Shown here: one piece after another, positions 1 through 11,615 of the stretch | Layout of the letters: every line of letters starts with the position of its first letter | Numbering within the stretch: position 1 is the stretch's first letter | NCBI GenBank assembly: GCA_048571215.1 | Contig: CP182352.1 | Location: 2,112,001-2,176,000 of the forward strand | DNA: 64,000 bases | Direction of reading: 5' to 3' | Origin: Halarcobacter sp. | GTDB lineage: Bacteria > Campylobacterota > Campylobacteria > Campylobacterales > Arcobacteraceae | The notes under the pieces: generated by a model | Seen by the model: the letters and a program-made list of their open reading frames with translations, nothing else | What the model was told of the DNA's origin: nothing | Database searches by the model: none | Position numbers and translations under genes: made by a program

Positions 1-783
1 GTTGCCAAATCTAAAGAGATGATAAAAAGTGGTGATGTTTTTCAAATACTTATGTCTAATAGATTTATCCAAAATGCAAAAGTTGATCACTTTAGTTTTT
101 ATAGAGCATTAAGAAGTAAAAACCCTAGTCCATATCTATTTCTATTAGAGTATGAAAACTTTACAATAGCTGGAAGTTCGCCAGAAGTAATGGTAAGACT
201 TGTTGATGGACATATTCTTTTAAGACCAATTGCAGGTACTAGAAAAAGAGGTAAAAGTTTAGATAGAGATGTAGAGTTAGAAGATGAGATGTTAGGTGAT
301 GAGAAAGAAAAAGCTGAACATATTATGCTAGTTGACCTAGGTAGAAATGATGTAGGAAGAGTTGCAAAGGCTGGAACTGTAAAGGTAACTGAACTTATGA
401 GAGTTGAAAGATATTCTCATGTTATGCATATGGTTTCAGATGTTGAAGCAAAAATAGATGAAGACAAATACGATATGTTTGACCTTTTTGCTGCAACATT
501 TACAGCAGGTACTATGACGGGAGCTCCAAAAATCAGAGCTATGGAACTAATAGCACAATATGAAGGTATAAAAAGAAACTTCTACTCTGGAAGTATTGCT
601 TATTTTGGATTTGATGGGAATATGGATAGTGCTATTACTATTAGAAGTACTATGTTAACCGAAGATAAAGTTATATTCCAAGCAGGTGCTGGAGTTGTAG
701 CTGATAGTATTCCTGAACTTGAATATTTAGAGGTTCAAAATAAATTAGCTGCTAATATCTCAACACTAAAAGATTTATCATAA
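1..783 (+). CDS. trpE: Anthranilate synthase component I, C-terminal part (5'-truncated by window edge)
   Basis: Frame is open from base 1. Motifs NPSPY, GSSPE, RPIAGTRKRG, EHIMLVDLGRND and GAPKIRAME of the chorismate-binding domain. Confidence 0.93.
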   Translation, partial: VAKSKEMIKSGDVFQILMSNRFIQNAKVDHFSFYRALRSKNPSPYLFLLEYENFTIAGSSPEVMVRLVDGHILLRPIAGTRKRGKSLDRDVELEDEMLGDEKEKAEHIMLVDLGRNDVGRVAKAGTVKVTELMRVERYSHVMHMVSDVEAKIDEDKYDMFDLFAATFTAGTMTGAPKIRAMELIAQYEGIKRNFYSGSIAYFGFDGNMDSAITIRSTMLTEDKVIFQAGAGVVADSIPELEYLEVQNKLAANISTLKDLS

Positions 784-795
784 AAAGGATTTGAT

Positions 796-1572
796 TTGTT
801 ACTTGGAGTAAATATAGACCATATTGCAGTCTTAAGAGAAGCTAGAAAAATAAACGATCCAAGCCCTTTGGATGCACTTGGTATTTGTAAAATATCAGGG
901 GCTGATCAAATTACAATTCACCTAAGAGAAGATAGAAGACATATACATGATCAAGATGCAAAAGAGATATGCAAACTATCTATACTTCCTGTAAACTTAG
1001 AGTGTTCAATAAATGAAGATATCATTGATATAGTTTGTAAACTTAAACCTGCAAGAGCAACTTTAGTTCCAGAAAATAGAGATGAAGTAACTACAGAGGG
1101 TGGTCTTGATGTGGAGAAAAACTTCGATAGAATAAAAAAAGCTGTTGAGAAACTACATAAAAATGAGATTGAAGTATCTTTGTTTATTGACCCAAATAAA
1201 AAAATGATTAAAAAAAGTTCTGAACTAAAAGTAGAATGGGTTGAGTTACATACAGGTACATTTGCAAATATTTATGCGATGCTTTATAGTAAACTTTCAA
1301 ATACACATCATAGTATAAAAGAGTTAGAACTACCTAGACGTGAGCTTAAAATACTTCTTGATAAAAGTAGAAAAGAGATTAAAAAAACTGCATATTATGC
1401 ACAAAATTGTGGCTTGAAAGTTGCCGCAGGTCATGGGCTAAATTATCAAAATGTAACAAAAATATCTTCTATAAAAGCTATTGAAGAGTTAAATATTGGG
1501 CAAAGTATAATTGCTCGATCTGTATTTTCAGGATTAAGACAAGCAATTATTGATATGAAAGAACTTTTATGA
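796..1572 (+). CDS. pdxJ: Pyridoxine 5'-phosphate synthase
   Basis: LGVNIDHIAVLREAR, HLREDRRHI, AAGHGL, ELNIGQSI; adjacent to pdxA. Confidence 0.97.
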   Translation: MLLGVNIDHIAVLREARKINDPSPLDALGICKISGADQITIHLREDRRHIHDQDAKEICKLSILPVNLECSINEDIIDIVCKLKPARATLVPENRDEVTTEGGLDVEKNFDRIKKAVEKLHKNEIEVSLFIDPNKKMIKKSSELKVEWVELHTGTFANIYAMLYSKLSNTHHSIKELELPRRELKILLDKSRKEIKKTAYYAQNCGLKVAAGHGLNYQNVTKISSIKAIEELNIGQSIIARSVFSGLRQAIIDMKELL

Positions 1573-2504
1573 GCAAAAAAATAAAAGTAGCTATTTCGGT
1601 AGGTGATTTAAATGGTATTGGTATTGAGATAGCCTTAAAATCTCACCAAAAGATTTCACAACTTTGTACTCCTATTTATTGTATAAATGAAGAGATGCTA
1701 AAACAAGCTGCTAAACTTTTAGAGCTTGATATTCCCAATGATTTTAAAATCCATTCTGTTAAAGGTGACTTTGGAATAAAACCTGGAAAAGTTTCTAAAA
1801 AGAGTGGAAAATATTCTTATGATTCTTTTAGTGAAGCTATAAATTTAGCAAATACAAAAAAAGTTGAAGCAATAGTTACACTTCCTATTAACAAAGAATC
1901 TTGGAGCAATGCAGATATAAAATATAAAGGCCATACAGAAGTTCTAAGAGACTTTTTTGGGAAAAATGCAATTATGATGCTTGGATGTAAAAAGATGTTT
2001 GTTGCACTGTTTACAGAACATATTGCTCTAAAAAAAGTAGCTAAAAAAATCAATCAAGAGGATTTAACTGCTTTTCTTCTTGATTTTCAAAAAAGTGTAA
2101 ATACAGAAAAAATAGCAGTACTAGGCTTAAATCCTCATGCAAGTGATAATGGAGTTTTAGGGGATGAAGAGATAGAAATATTTAAAGCTTTAAAAAAAGC
2201 AAATAAAACTCTAAATAAAGATATTTTCAAAGGTCCAGTAGTTCCGGATACTGCCTTTTCTCCAATCTCTAGAAAAAACTATAAGTATTTTGTTGCCATG
2301 TATCATGATCAAGGATTAGCTCCCCTAAAAGCTTTATATTTTGATCAAAGTATTAATGTAAGTCTTAATTTACCAATAATTAGAACTTCCGTTGACCATG
2401 GTACTGCTTTTGATATTGCATACTTAAAGAATAGAAAACTAAACTGTAAAAGTTATATCAATGCAGTAAAAGAGGCTTTAATACTTTTTGAAAATAGAAA
2501 ATGA
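1569..2504 (+). CDS. pdxA: 4-hydroxythreonine-4-phosphate dehydrogenase
   Basis: GDLNGIGIEI, GHTE, LNPHA, AMYHDQGL, IRTSVDHGTAFDIA. Confidence 0.97.
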   Translation: MSKKIKVAISVGDLNGIGIEIALKSHQKISQLCTPIYCINEEMLKQAAKLLELDIPNDFKIHSVKGDFGIKPGKVSKKSGKYSYDSFSEAINLANTKKVEAIVTLPINKESWSNADIKYKGHTEVLRDFFGKNAIMMLGCKKMFVALFTEHIALKKVAKKINQEDLTAFLLDFQKSVNTEKIAVLGLNPHASDNGVLGDEEIEIFKALKKANKTLNKDIFKGPVVPDTAFSPISRKNYKYFVAMYHDQGLAPLKALYFDQSINVSLNLPIIRTSVDHGTAFDIAYLKNRKLNCKSYINAVKEALILFENRK

Positions 2505-3568
2505 CAAGTTTAGAATTTTGTCATGAATTAGAGTTTTCAAAAATCAACTTTATAGAGCGTAAAGTTCGTATAACTCACCCAAAAACCATACTTTATGGAC
2601 CACCTAAAAGTGGGAAAAGTTATCTTATATATGACTATTTATCAAACTTTGATGCTAAAGATTACCTATATATTGATTTAAACGATTTTAGAAATGATAA
2701 ACAAGAGATTATAAACAATCTTGAAGAGTATACTTTTAGAAATAAAATAAAAGTGATTGTGCTAGAAAATTTTGATTTTGATTTTAAAATCCCTTTTTGT
2801 GAAAGTGTTATTATCTCTACAAATAAAAAACAGTCATTTCAAGGGTTTAAAAATATCTATTTAACCCCTTTAGATTTTGAAGAGTTTTTACTCCATGAAA
2901 ATAAAAATCACATTATCACACAAAGTTTTAACTACTTTTTCAAATATGGAAACCTTCCACAAACAGTTAAGATAATAGAGACTCAAACCCTAAATAACTT
3001 GCAAGAACTTCTTTTAAATATATCAAAAGACTCTACTTCTTTAGAGATACTTAAAATTTTACTTTTAAATATAGATGAAAAAAAATCCCTAAATCAACTC
3101 TATTTAGTTTTAAAAAATAAAATAAAAATATCAAAAGATAGATTTTATGAAGAGTGTAAACACCTTGAAGAGAGTAAAATTATTTTTTTCATTGCAAAAT
3201 ACAATCAAGAAAAGAATTCAAAGAAAATATATGCTTATAATCAGGCTTTATTTAGTGCAATTACCCATGAAAAAAGATTAAAAAGTGAACTAACAAATAT
3301 TATTTTACTTGAACTTATAAATAAATACAAAGATATTTATTATCTTGATTATATTGATTTTTATATACCTTCTAAAAAAAGTGCTTATGTATCAATACCT
3401 TTTTTTAACTCTAACTTTATGCAAAACCAAGTAAAAAAGATAAATAAAGTTATTGCTGACTTAGATATAAAAGAACTAACAATAATCACCATATCAAATA
3501 ATGAAGAGTTTGTTTTTGAAAATATGAAGATAAATGTTTTACCCTTTTATGAATGGGCACTTAGCTAA
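2501..3568 (+). CDS. AAA-family P-loop ATPase (AAA_14/DUF4143-like)
   Basis: Walker A GPPKSGKS, LTPLDFEEF, YGNLP; C-terminal IDFY and LPFYEW. Confidence 0.75.
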   Translation: MTSLEFCHELEFSKINFIERKVRITHPKTILYGPPKSGKSYLIYDYLSNFDAKDYLYIDLNDFRNDKQEIINNLEEYTFRNKIKVIVLENFDFDFKIPFCESVIISTNKKQSFQGFKNIYLTPLDFEEFLLHENKNHIITQSFNYFFKYGNLPQTVKIIETQTLNNLQELLLNISKDSTSLEILKILLLNIDEKKSLNQLYLVLKNKIKISKDRFYEECKHLEESKIIFFIAKYNQEKNSKKIYAYNQALFSAITHEKRLKSELTNIILLELINKYKDIYYLDYIDFYIPSKKSAYVSIPFFNSNFMQNQVKKINKVIADLDIKELTIITISNNEEFVFENMKINVLPFYEWALS

Positions 3569-3620
3569 ATTTATTATAATATGTAATAATATATAATAAA
3601 AAAAATCAAAAGGTTAATCT

Positions 3621-4151
3621 ATGACAAGTTCAATAGTAATCTTAATAATTCTAATAATAATTCTTCTTTATCTGTATAATTCTTTAATAAATAAAAAAAA
3701 ACAAGTTGAAAATATCTTTGCATCAGTTGATGTACAATTAAAAAAAAGATACGATTTATTGCCCAATTTAATTGCAAATGTTAGCAGATACATGGAACAG
3801 GAAAGGGAACTTTTAGAAAAAATTACACAACTTCGCTTACAAGCTATAAACCCACATTTAAGTGATGATGAAAAAATACAACTAGATAGTAAAATAAGCT
3901 CTGCACTTGGTACTGTAATGCTTGCAATTAAAGATTATCCTGAGCTAAAATTAAATGAGAACATATTGAATCTACAACTAATCTTAAATAAAATAGAAGA
4001 GAAAATATCAGTTTCCAAAAGAGCGTACAATCAAGCAGTTACTGATTATAATAATGCCATAGAGATAATACCAACAAACTTCATGGCTAAGAGTATGAAC
4101 TACAAAAGAAAAGAGGTATTTAGTTTAGATAAAAAAACTAGAGAAGATTAG
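3621..4151 (+). CDS. lemA: LemA family protein
   Basis: N-terminal TM helix, DVQLKKRYDLLPNL, YPELK, YNQAVTDYNNAIEIIP. Confidence 0.88.
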   Translation: MTSSIVILIILIIILLYLYNSLINKKKQVENIFASVDVQLKKRYDLLPNLIANVSRYMEQERELLEKITQLRLQAINPHLSDDEKIQLDSKISSALGTVMLAIKDYPELKLNENILNLQLILNKIEEKISVSKRAYNQAVTDYNNAIEIIPTNFMAKSMNYKRKEVFSLDKKTRED

Positions 4152-4297
4152 ATCTAGGTGAACTTTATTAATAACTTTTTATTGCTTATATTTTTTTATT
4201 AAGTAATTTATCTACAAATATTAAAAAAGATTTATTTTAAGCAAAAAATATAGAATAAAGATTGATTAACGAAATATTTAGGATATTTTAGATATAA

Positions 4298-5029
<732 letters not shown>

Positions 5030-5111
5030 ATTAAAAGGCAAAATTTGCCTACTTTAATTTTTGCTACTTTTATCAATTTTCATAAATTGAGTTAAAATAA
5101 AAAGGAAATAA

Positions 5112-5327
5112 ATGAGATTAGAAGAAAGAATGTCAAAAGCTCTTAAAAGAGTAAATAATGATAGATATATTTTATCAATTGCAGTTGGGCAAAGAGCAGA
5201 TGAGTTAAGTAAAGGTGCTAAACCTTTATTAGAGCATAATACACAACATATGAAATATACTGATATTGCAATTGATGAGATTGCCAATGGATTATTAGTA
5301 ATAGAGGGTCTTGTAAATAAAGTTTAG
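5112..5327 (+). CDS. rpoZ: RNA polymerase omega subunit
   Basis: 71 aa with DRYILSIAVGQRA and IAIDEIA; conserved pyrH-rpoZ-spoT order. Confidence 0.95.
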   Translation: MRLEERMSKALKRVNNDRYILSIAVGQRADELSKGAKPLLEHNTQHMKYTDIAIDEIANGLLVIEGLVNKV

Positions 5328-5355
5328 TTCTAAAAGTAAAACTTTTAGAACTAAA
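5323..5355. terminator. Perfect 15-bp inverted repeat between rpoZ and spoT (terminator/attenuator or processing hairpin)
   Basis: TTTAGTTCTAAAAGT-AAA-ACTTTTAGAACTAAA. Confidence 0.55.
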
Positions 5356-5364
5356 GGCTAAATT

Positions 5365-7500
5365 ATGGATCCATTTATTGATAAAATACAAAGTGTCAAC
5401 AACTTAAGTGACGCTATAAATCTTCTTCAAACTGAAGCAAAAATAACACCAAAACTTCAAGATATTATAGACTTTACAATACAAGCACATGAAGGTCAAT
5501 TTAGAAAAAGTGGTGAACCATATGCAGTGCACCCTATTTTAGTAGCCTCTGTTGCTTCACACTTTTCAAATGATGAAGATGTTATAGCAACAGCCCTACT
5601 TCATGATGTAGTAGAAGATACACAATATAGTTTAGAGTTTATTAAAGAAGCTTGGGGTGAAGATATTGCTTATATGGTTGATGGCTTAACTAAAATTGAT
5701 GAGATTAGGGAACATGAATTAGTACCTTCTAGTTCTGATAAAAAATTGATAACTTCTGCTTTAACTTTTAGAAAAATGTTAATAGCTTCAATTGATGATG
5801 TTAGAGTTTTGGTTGTAAAACTTTGTGATAGACTTCACAATATGCTAACTTTAGATGCACTTCCCCAAAACAAACAACTAAGAATTGCAGAAGAAACACT
5901 TGTAGTGTATGTACCAATTGCTCATAGGCTTGGTATTTCAACTGTTAAAAATACTTTAGAAGATTTAGCTTTTTTTTATATTTACCCAGAAGAATATGAA
6001 AAAATTGATAACTTTATAAAAGAGCATGAACATGCTATTCAGCTAACATTTAACAAATTTATATCTTCAACTAAAAAAATACTTGAAAAAAATGGTTTTG
6101 ATTTAGCAAAAGTCAAAATCTTTAGTAGAATTAAACACTATTACTCTATTTATTTAAAAATGCAAAGAAAAGGTGTAACAATAGATGAAGTTTTAGATTT
6201 ATTGGCTATTAGAATCTTAGTTGATAAAGATATAGATTGTTATAGAGTTCTTGGTTTTTTACACTTAGAGTACAAACCTCTTATATCTAGATTTAAAGAT
6301 TATGTGTCAACACCAAAAGAGAATGGATATCAAACTATTCATACAACTGTGTTTTATAACTCAAAAATCTATGAGGTACAAATTAGAACCTTTGAGATGA
6401 ATAAAATAGCAGAATATGGAATAGCAGCTCATTGGAAATATAAAAGTGGAGCTAAACAACCAAATCTAAATTGGCTTAAATCTTTAGAATACTCAAATGA
6501 TAACATAGAAGAGTTTTATGCAGAAACAAAAGAGGATTTATACTCAGAAGAGATAGTTGTATATTCTCCCCATGGTGATACTTTTAATCTACCAAGAGGA
6601 TCTACAGCACTAGATTTTGCATATGCAGTGCATACTGATGTGGGTAGAAATGCAATAGAATCTTACGTAAATAAGGTAAAAAGACCACTGCTAACAGAAC
6701 TTAAAAGCTCAGATATTGTATCTATCAAAACAGTTGATTATGCAATACCTAGATGTTCATGGCAAGATATGGTAAAAACAAATAGAGCAAAAAAACAAAT
6801 TAAATTTTTATGTTCACAAAGATTAAAAGAGATTGATGAGCTTAGTGGTAGAAATATTCTTAATACAGTTTTTTCTCCCTACATGAAAAACATCACTTCT
6901 ACAAATAAGGTGGATTCTTTACAGAAAATTCCACAAATACTTGATTATTTTAAACACGTAAAACATCAAATTGAGAAAAAAATCATAAAAGAGCAAGGTT
7001 TTGTAGCTAGATTTAAAATATATACAAGTAAAATCAAAAGATTTAAATTTGACAATATGTTTATATACTCAAATTTTAGTATTAATTCTGTATCATTTGA
7101 CCACTGTTGCCACCCTAAATTTGCCGATGAAATAGTTGCATTTAAAGAAGGTAACAAAGCTGTAATCCATCATAAAATGTGTGATAAAGCTTATAATAAA
7201 ATTATGAGTAATGATGAAATGCTTTTTTGCAAATGGACAAAAGATACACTATATCAATACAAAATGGTAGTTAGTTTACCAAACACTAAAGGTGAACTTG
7301 CTAGATTGTTAATGTATATGAGTCAATATGAGGGTTATATTTTAGCAATTGAATATGGTAGAGAGAAACACTCATATCGACAATATTGTGATATTGAGTT
7401 TGAATTAAATATAGCGAATGTTGAACAAGTAAGAAAACTAATAGAAAAAAAGGTAAAAGTTATTGAGTTTTACTCAAAAAAAGATGCCTACAATAAATAA
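5365..7500 (+). CDS. spoT: Bifunctional (p)ppGpp synthetase/hydrolase
   Basis: HD domain (ALLHDVVEDT), synthetase (KENGYQTIHT, EVQIRT), TGS (DFAYAVHTDVG), C-terminal ACT-like region. Confidence 0.97.
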   Translation: MDPFIDKIQSVNNLSDAINLLQTEAKITPKLQDIIDFTIQAHEGQFRKSGEPYAVHPILVASVASHFSNDEDVIATALLHDVVEDTQYSLEFIKEAWGEDIAYMVDGLTKIDEIREHELVPSSSDKKLITSALTFRKMLIASIDDVRVLVVKLCDRLHNMLTLDALPQNKQLRIAEETLVVYVPIAHRLGISTVKNTLEDLAFFYIYPEEYEKIDNFIKEHEHAIQLTFNKFISSTKKILEKNGFDLAKVKIFSRIKHYYSIYLKMQRKGVTIDEVLDLLAIRILVDKDIDCYRVLGFLHLEYKPLISRFKDYVSTPKENGYQTIHTTVFYNSKIYEVQIRTFEMNKIAEYGIAAHWKYKSGAKQPNLNWLKSLEYSNDNIEEFYAETKEDLYSEEIVVYSPHGDTFNLPRGSTALDFAYAVHTDVGRNAIESYVNKVKRPLLTELKSSDIVSIKTVDYAIPRCSWQDMVKTNRAKKQIKFLCSQRLKEIDELSGRNILNTVFSPYMKNITSTNKVDSLQKIPQILDYFKHVKHQIEKKIIKEQGFVARFKIYTSKIKRFKFDNMFIYSNFSINSVSFDHCCHPKFADEIVAFKEGNKAVIHHKMCDKAYNKIMSNDEMLFCKWTKDTLYQYKMVVSLPNTKGELARLLMYMSQYEGYILAIEYGREKHSYRQYCDIEFELNIANVEQVRKLIEKKVKVIEFYSKKDAYNK

Positions 7501-7525
7501 ATTTTAAAAGAAGGTAAAAGTTTAA

Positions 7526-8734
7526 ATGGAAGAGAAAATCAAAGAAGCACTAGCAGAAATACAAAGAGGAACAGCTGAAATAATAGATATTGAAAGAATT
7601 GAAAAACTTCTAAGGAACTATTATGAAAATGGCAAAAACTTTTATGTAAAAGCAGGATTTGATCCAACAGCACCAGACTTACACCTAGGACATACAGTAC
7701 TTATTCAAAAACTTGCTGCCTTCCAAAAATATGGAGGGATTGTACAGTTTTTAATTGGAGATTTTACAGCTACCATTGGAGACCCAACAGGTAAAAGTGA
7801 AACAAGAAAAGTTTTAAGTGAAGAGCAAGTTTTACAGAATGCGCAAAGTTATAAAGATCAAGTTTTTAAAATCCTAGACCCAGAAAAAACAGAAGTTATG
7901 TTTAATTCTAAATGGCTAAAAGAGTTAGGAACAGCAGGACTTATCTCACTTGCTTCAAACTTAACAGTTGCAAGAATGTTAGAAAGAGATGATTTTTCAA
8001 AAAGATATGCTTCGAATACTCCAATAGCAGTAAATGAATTTATGTATCCTTTACTTCAAGGTTACGATTCTATAGCTATGAATACAGATATAGAGCTAGG
8101 TGGAACAGATCAAAAGTTTAACTTACTTATGGGTAGAACTTTACAAAAAGCTTATGATACGAAAAAACAACAAGCTGTACTTATGATGCCTATATTAGAA
8201 GGTTTAGATGGGGTACAAAAAATGTCTAAATCACTAGGTAATTATATTGGTGTAACAGATAAAGCAAATGATATGTTTGGAAAAGTTTTATCAATCTCAG
8301 ATGAACTTATGTGGAGATATTTTGAACTATTATCTTCAAAATCGTTAAAAGAGATTGAAGATATGAAAAATAAAGTTGAAGATGGTTCTTTACACCCTAA
8401 AAAGGTAAAAGAGTCTTTAGCTATGGAAATTGTTGATAGATTTCACGGAATTGGACAAGGTGAGATAGCAAAACAAGAATTTGAAAAGGTTTTTGCTAAA
8501 AAAGATATACCTACTGATATGCCAGAATTTCAACTTGAAGCTGGTATTTGGATTTGTCAAGCCTTAGTGGATACAAAACTTGTAAATTCAACTTCACAAG
8601 CTAGACGTGATATAAAAGCTAATGCAGTAAGTATCAATCAAGAAAAAGTTAGCGATGAAAAATTAAATTTAGAAATAGGTGAATATATTTTACAAAAAGG
8701 TAAAAAGAATTTCGCTAAGATAATAATAAAATAA
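7526..8734 (+). CDS. tyrS: Tyrosine--tRNA ligase
   Basis: [19 protein letters not shown]-terminal S4 domain. Confidence 0.98.
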   Translation: MEEKIKEALAEIQRGTAEIIDIERIEKLLRNYYENGKNFYVKAGFDPTAPDLHLGHTVLIQKLAAFQKYGGIVQFLIGDFTATIGDPTGKSETRKVLSEEQVLQNAQSYKDQVFKILDPEKTEVMFNSKWLKELGTAGLISLASNLTVARMLERDDFSKRYASNTPIAVNEFMYPLLQGYDSIAMNTDIELGGTDQKFNLLMGRTLQKAYDTKKQQAVLMMPILEGLDGVQKMSKSLGNYIGVTDKANDMFGKVLSISDELMWRYFELLSSKSLKEIEDMKNKVEDGSLHPKKVKESLAMEIVDRFHGIGQGEIAKQEFEKVFAKKDIPTDMPEFQLEAGIWICQALVDTKLVNSTSQARRDIKANAVSINQEKVSDEKLNLEIGEYILQKGKKNFAKIIIK

Positions 8735-8744
8735 AAGGCCAGTA

Positions 8745-9818
8745 TTGAAAATAGGAAAATATGAAATAAAACACCCAATAATACAAGGTGGAATGGGTGT
8801 TGGAATTAGTTGGGATAAATTAGCTGGAACAGTGAGTAAAGAAGGTGGTCTTGGAGTAATTTCTGGTGTTGGAACTGGTTATTATAAAAGTGATGAGTTT
8901 CAAGTAAAAACAAAAAAAGACAAACCAGTAGATGTACTAAATTTTTACTCAAAAGATGCACTAAATACAATAATAAAAAATGCAAGAAAAATATGTGGAG
9001 ATGCGCCACTTGCATGTAATGTTTTATACGCATGTAATGATTATGGAAGAATAGTAAGAGATGCTTGTGAAGCAGGTATAAATATGATAATCACAGGAGC
9101 TGGGATTCCTACAAATATGCCAGAATTTACAAAAGATTTTCCTGATGTTGCTTTGATACCAATTGTATCAAGTGCAAGAGCTTTAAAACTTATTTGTAGA
9201 AAATGGAAAAGATATAATAAACTTCCAGATGCAGTTATTGTTGAGGGACCAAAATCTGGTGGTCATCAAGGTTTCTCTTATGAACAATGTTTTCAAGAAG
9301 AGTTCCAATTAGAAAACATTGTACCTCCTGTACTTGAAGAAGCAAAAAACTGGGGGAATCCTCCAATTATTGCAGCAGGTGGTATTTGGGATAAAAATGA
9401 TATTGATAAGTTTATGGATATGGGTTGTTCTGGTGTTCAAATGGCAACTAGATTTATAGGAACCTTTGAGTGTGATGCTGATCCAGTATTTAAAAAAGTA
9501 CTTATTGATTCAAAATCAGAGGATATAAAACTTATGAAATCACCAGTTGGACTTCCTGCTCGTGGAGTTAGAACCAACTTGCAAAAATCTTTAGATGAAG
9601 GGAATGCCCCAAAAGTAACTTGTATATCTAACTGTGTAGCACCTTGCAATAGAGGTGTTGAAGCTAAAATTGTTGGATATTGTATAGCTGATAGATTAGG
9701 TGCAGCATATCAAGGTGATTTAGATACAGGATTATTTTTCACAGGCTCAAATGGATATAAAATTGAAAAAGTTATATCAGTTCATGAGTTGATGGAAAAA
9801 CTAACAAAAGGAGAGTAA
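8745..9818 (+). CDS. Nitronate monooxygenase-family flavoprotein (FabX-like acyl-ACP dehydrogenase/isomerase)
   Basis: PIIQGGMGVG, EGPKSGGHQG, AAGGIWD; Cys cluster CISNCVAPC...YCIAD as in the Fe-S-binding FabX type. Confidence 0.85.
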   Translation: MKIGKYEIKHPIIQGGMGVGISWDKLAGTVSKEGGLGVISGVGTGYYKSDEFQVKTKKDKPVDVLNFYSKDALNTIIKNARKICGDAPLACNVLYACNDYGRIVRDACEAGINMIITGAGIPTNMPEFTKDFPDVALIPIVSSARALKLICRKWKRYNKLPDAVIVEGPKSGGHQGFSYEQCFQEEFQLENIVPPVLEEAKNWGNPPIIAAGGIWDKNDIDKFMDMGCSGVQMATRFIGTFECDADPVFKKVLIDSKSEDIKLMKSPVGLPARGVRTNLQKSLDEGNAPKVTCISNCVAPCNRGVEAKIVGYCIADRLGAAYQGDLDTGLFFTGSNGYKIEKVISVHELMEKLTKGE

Positions 9819-9820
9819 AA

Positions 9821-11209
9821 ATTTTAAAAAAATTTTTCATCCTAACCTTATTTTTCTTTTCATTTAATTATCTCTTCGCCACAGAAGATTTGCAGCAAAG
9901 ATATAACCAAGCAAGAATGAGTTATTTAAAAGCTGTACTAAATGATAATTCAAATGAACAAATAGAAAATTTAACGATACTAATAAAGACTGGAAAAAAA
10001 CTAAATAAAAATACTAGAAAATATGAAAAAGCTTTAAAAGAGATTGATAAAGAATATAAAAAAATAGAAAAAATTGACCCTATTAAAATAAAAGAAATAA
10101 GACCTATAACAAAACCCATAATCTCAAAAATTGATACAAACGATACAAATAATTCAAAATATACAATAAAATCAGTTGAATCAAGAGACAATATGATTAT
10201 TATTGATTTTAAAACAGATGTTACAAAAGATTTTATTAAATTTTATGAAAAAAGAGTTAAAAATGCACACCAAGATATCTATGATATCAAAGGTAGATTT
10301 AAAGATGCATACCCTACAAAACTATCTATAAATGGCGTTGATCAAATAGTAATTACACAAGAAAAAAATAATACTCTTAGAATACTTTTTGAAGATAAAA
10401 GAAACTTAAAAACTATCTACTTTATAAATGGTAATAGAATTGTATTAAAGGTATTAGATACAAAAAAAAGTACTTCTAAAAAAAACTTAGCAAAAATATC
10501 AAATTCTCCTAAAATTCTAAATATAGGGAAAAATAGAGTTATTGTACTTGATGCAGGACATGGTGGAAAAGATGCGGGAGCAGTTGGGTATCACAATAGA
10601 TATGAAAAACATGCAGTTTACAATGTAACAAGATATTTAGAAACCCTACTTAAACATAGGGGATATAAAGTCTATTTAACAAGAAGTAGTGATAGATTTA
10701 TAAAACTAAAAAATAGAACACTTTTAGCAAACAAGAAAAAAGCTGATATTTTTATCTCTATCCATGCTAACTCTGTACCAAAAAGTAAAAGAAACAAAAT
10801 CAAAGGGGTAGAAACCTTTTTTCTAAGTCCAGCAAGAAGTGCTAGAGCAAAAAGGGTTGCTGAACTTGAAAACAAATCAGATATGAGAAAAATGAACTAC
10901 AGTAGTAAAAGTGCCCTACTTTCAATACTAAATCAAGGTAAAATTACTGCTTCTAATAAACTTGCAATTGATATACATAAAAATATGCTTTATGAAGCAA
11001 GACAAATGTATAAAGATGTTGAGGATAGTGGTGTTAGAGAGGGTCCATTTTGGGTATTAGTTGGAGCTCAAATGCCATCTGTATTAGTTGAGATTGGGTA
11101 TATATCTCATCCTATAGAGGGAAAAAGATTGTACTCTAAAAAATATCAAAAAAAATTAGCTTTAGGTATAGCTAATGGGATTGATTCTTATTTTCTAAAA
11201 AATCCTTAA
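9821..11209 (+). CDS. amiA: N-acetylmuramoyl-L-alanine amidase (Amidase_3); probable ATT start at 9821
   Basis: LDAGHGGKD, FISIHAN, MPSVLVEIGY. The ORF track starts at TTG 9890, but the frame extends to an intact signal peptide starting at ATT 9821, behind AAGGAG. Confidence 0.9.
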   Translation: MLKKFFILTLFFFSFNYLFATEDLQQRYNQARMSYLKAVLNDNSNEQIENLTILIKTGKKLNKNTRKYEKALKEIDKEYKKIEKIDPIKIKEIRPITKPIISKIDTNDTNNSKYTIKSVESRDNMIIIDFKTDVTKDFIKFYEKRVKNAHQDIYDIKGRFKDAYPTKLSINGVDQIVITQEKNNTLRILFEDKRNLKTIYFINGNRIVLKVLDTKKSTSKKNLAKISNSPKILNIGKNRVIVLDAGHGGKDAGAVGYHNRYEKHAVYNVTRYLETLLKHRGYKVYLTRSSDRFIKLKNRTLLANKKKADIFISIHANSVPKSKRNKIKGVETFFLSPARSARAKRVAELENKSDMRKMNYSSKSALLSILNQGKITASNKLAIDIHKNMLYEARQMYKDVEDSGVREGPFWVLVGAQMPSVLVEIGYISHPIEGKRLYSKKYQKKLALGIANGIDSYFLKNP

Positions 11210-11615
11210 TCTTTTCTATTAAGTATTTTTGTTTCTTTTTTATACTAGGTAGATTGTCAATATCAAAGAATTTTGCTTTAGAGTTTTCCCAAGATAGAAA
11301 CTTTTCATTAAGTTTATCATCTAAAAAATACTTTTCGATATTGTCAATTTTATCACAATTTACTATCCAGATTCCTATATCTTTATTTTTATTTCTTTGA
11401 AGAAAAAACTCCTCAAAATGGTGGATTCCAACATTGATGCTACTCTCTTCATAAAACTCTCTTTTTGCACACATTTTAGAGGATTCACTCCCTTGTTGCA
11501 TCCCTTTTAGACAACCCCATTTGTTTAAACTTTTTACTGACTTACATAATAAAATTTTAATCTTTTTATCTTCAAATTTATACGGCAATATACCATATGC
11601 TCTTAACTTTTCCAT
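11172..11615 (-). CDS. NUDIX hydrolase
   Basis: Nudix box-like KG-x5-E-x5-AKREFYEES. Confidence 0.8.
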   Translation of the reverse strand: MEKLRAYGILPYKFEDKKIKILLCKSVKSLNKWGCLKGMQQGSESSKMCAKREFYEESSINVGIHHFEEFFLQRNKNKDIGIWIVNCDKIDNIEKYFLDDKLNEKFLSWENSKAKFFDIDNLPSIKKKQKYLIEKIKDFLENKNQSH

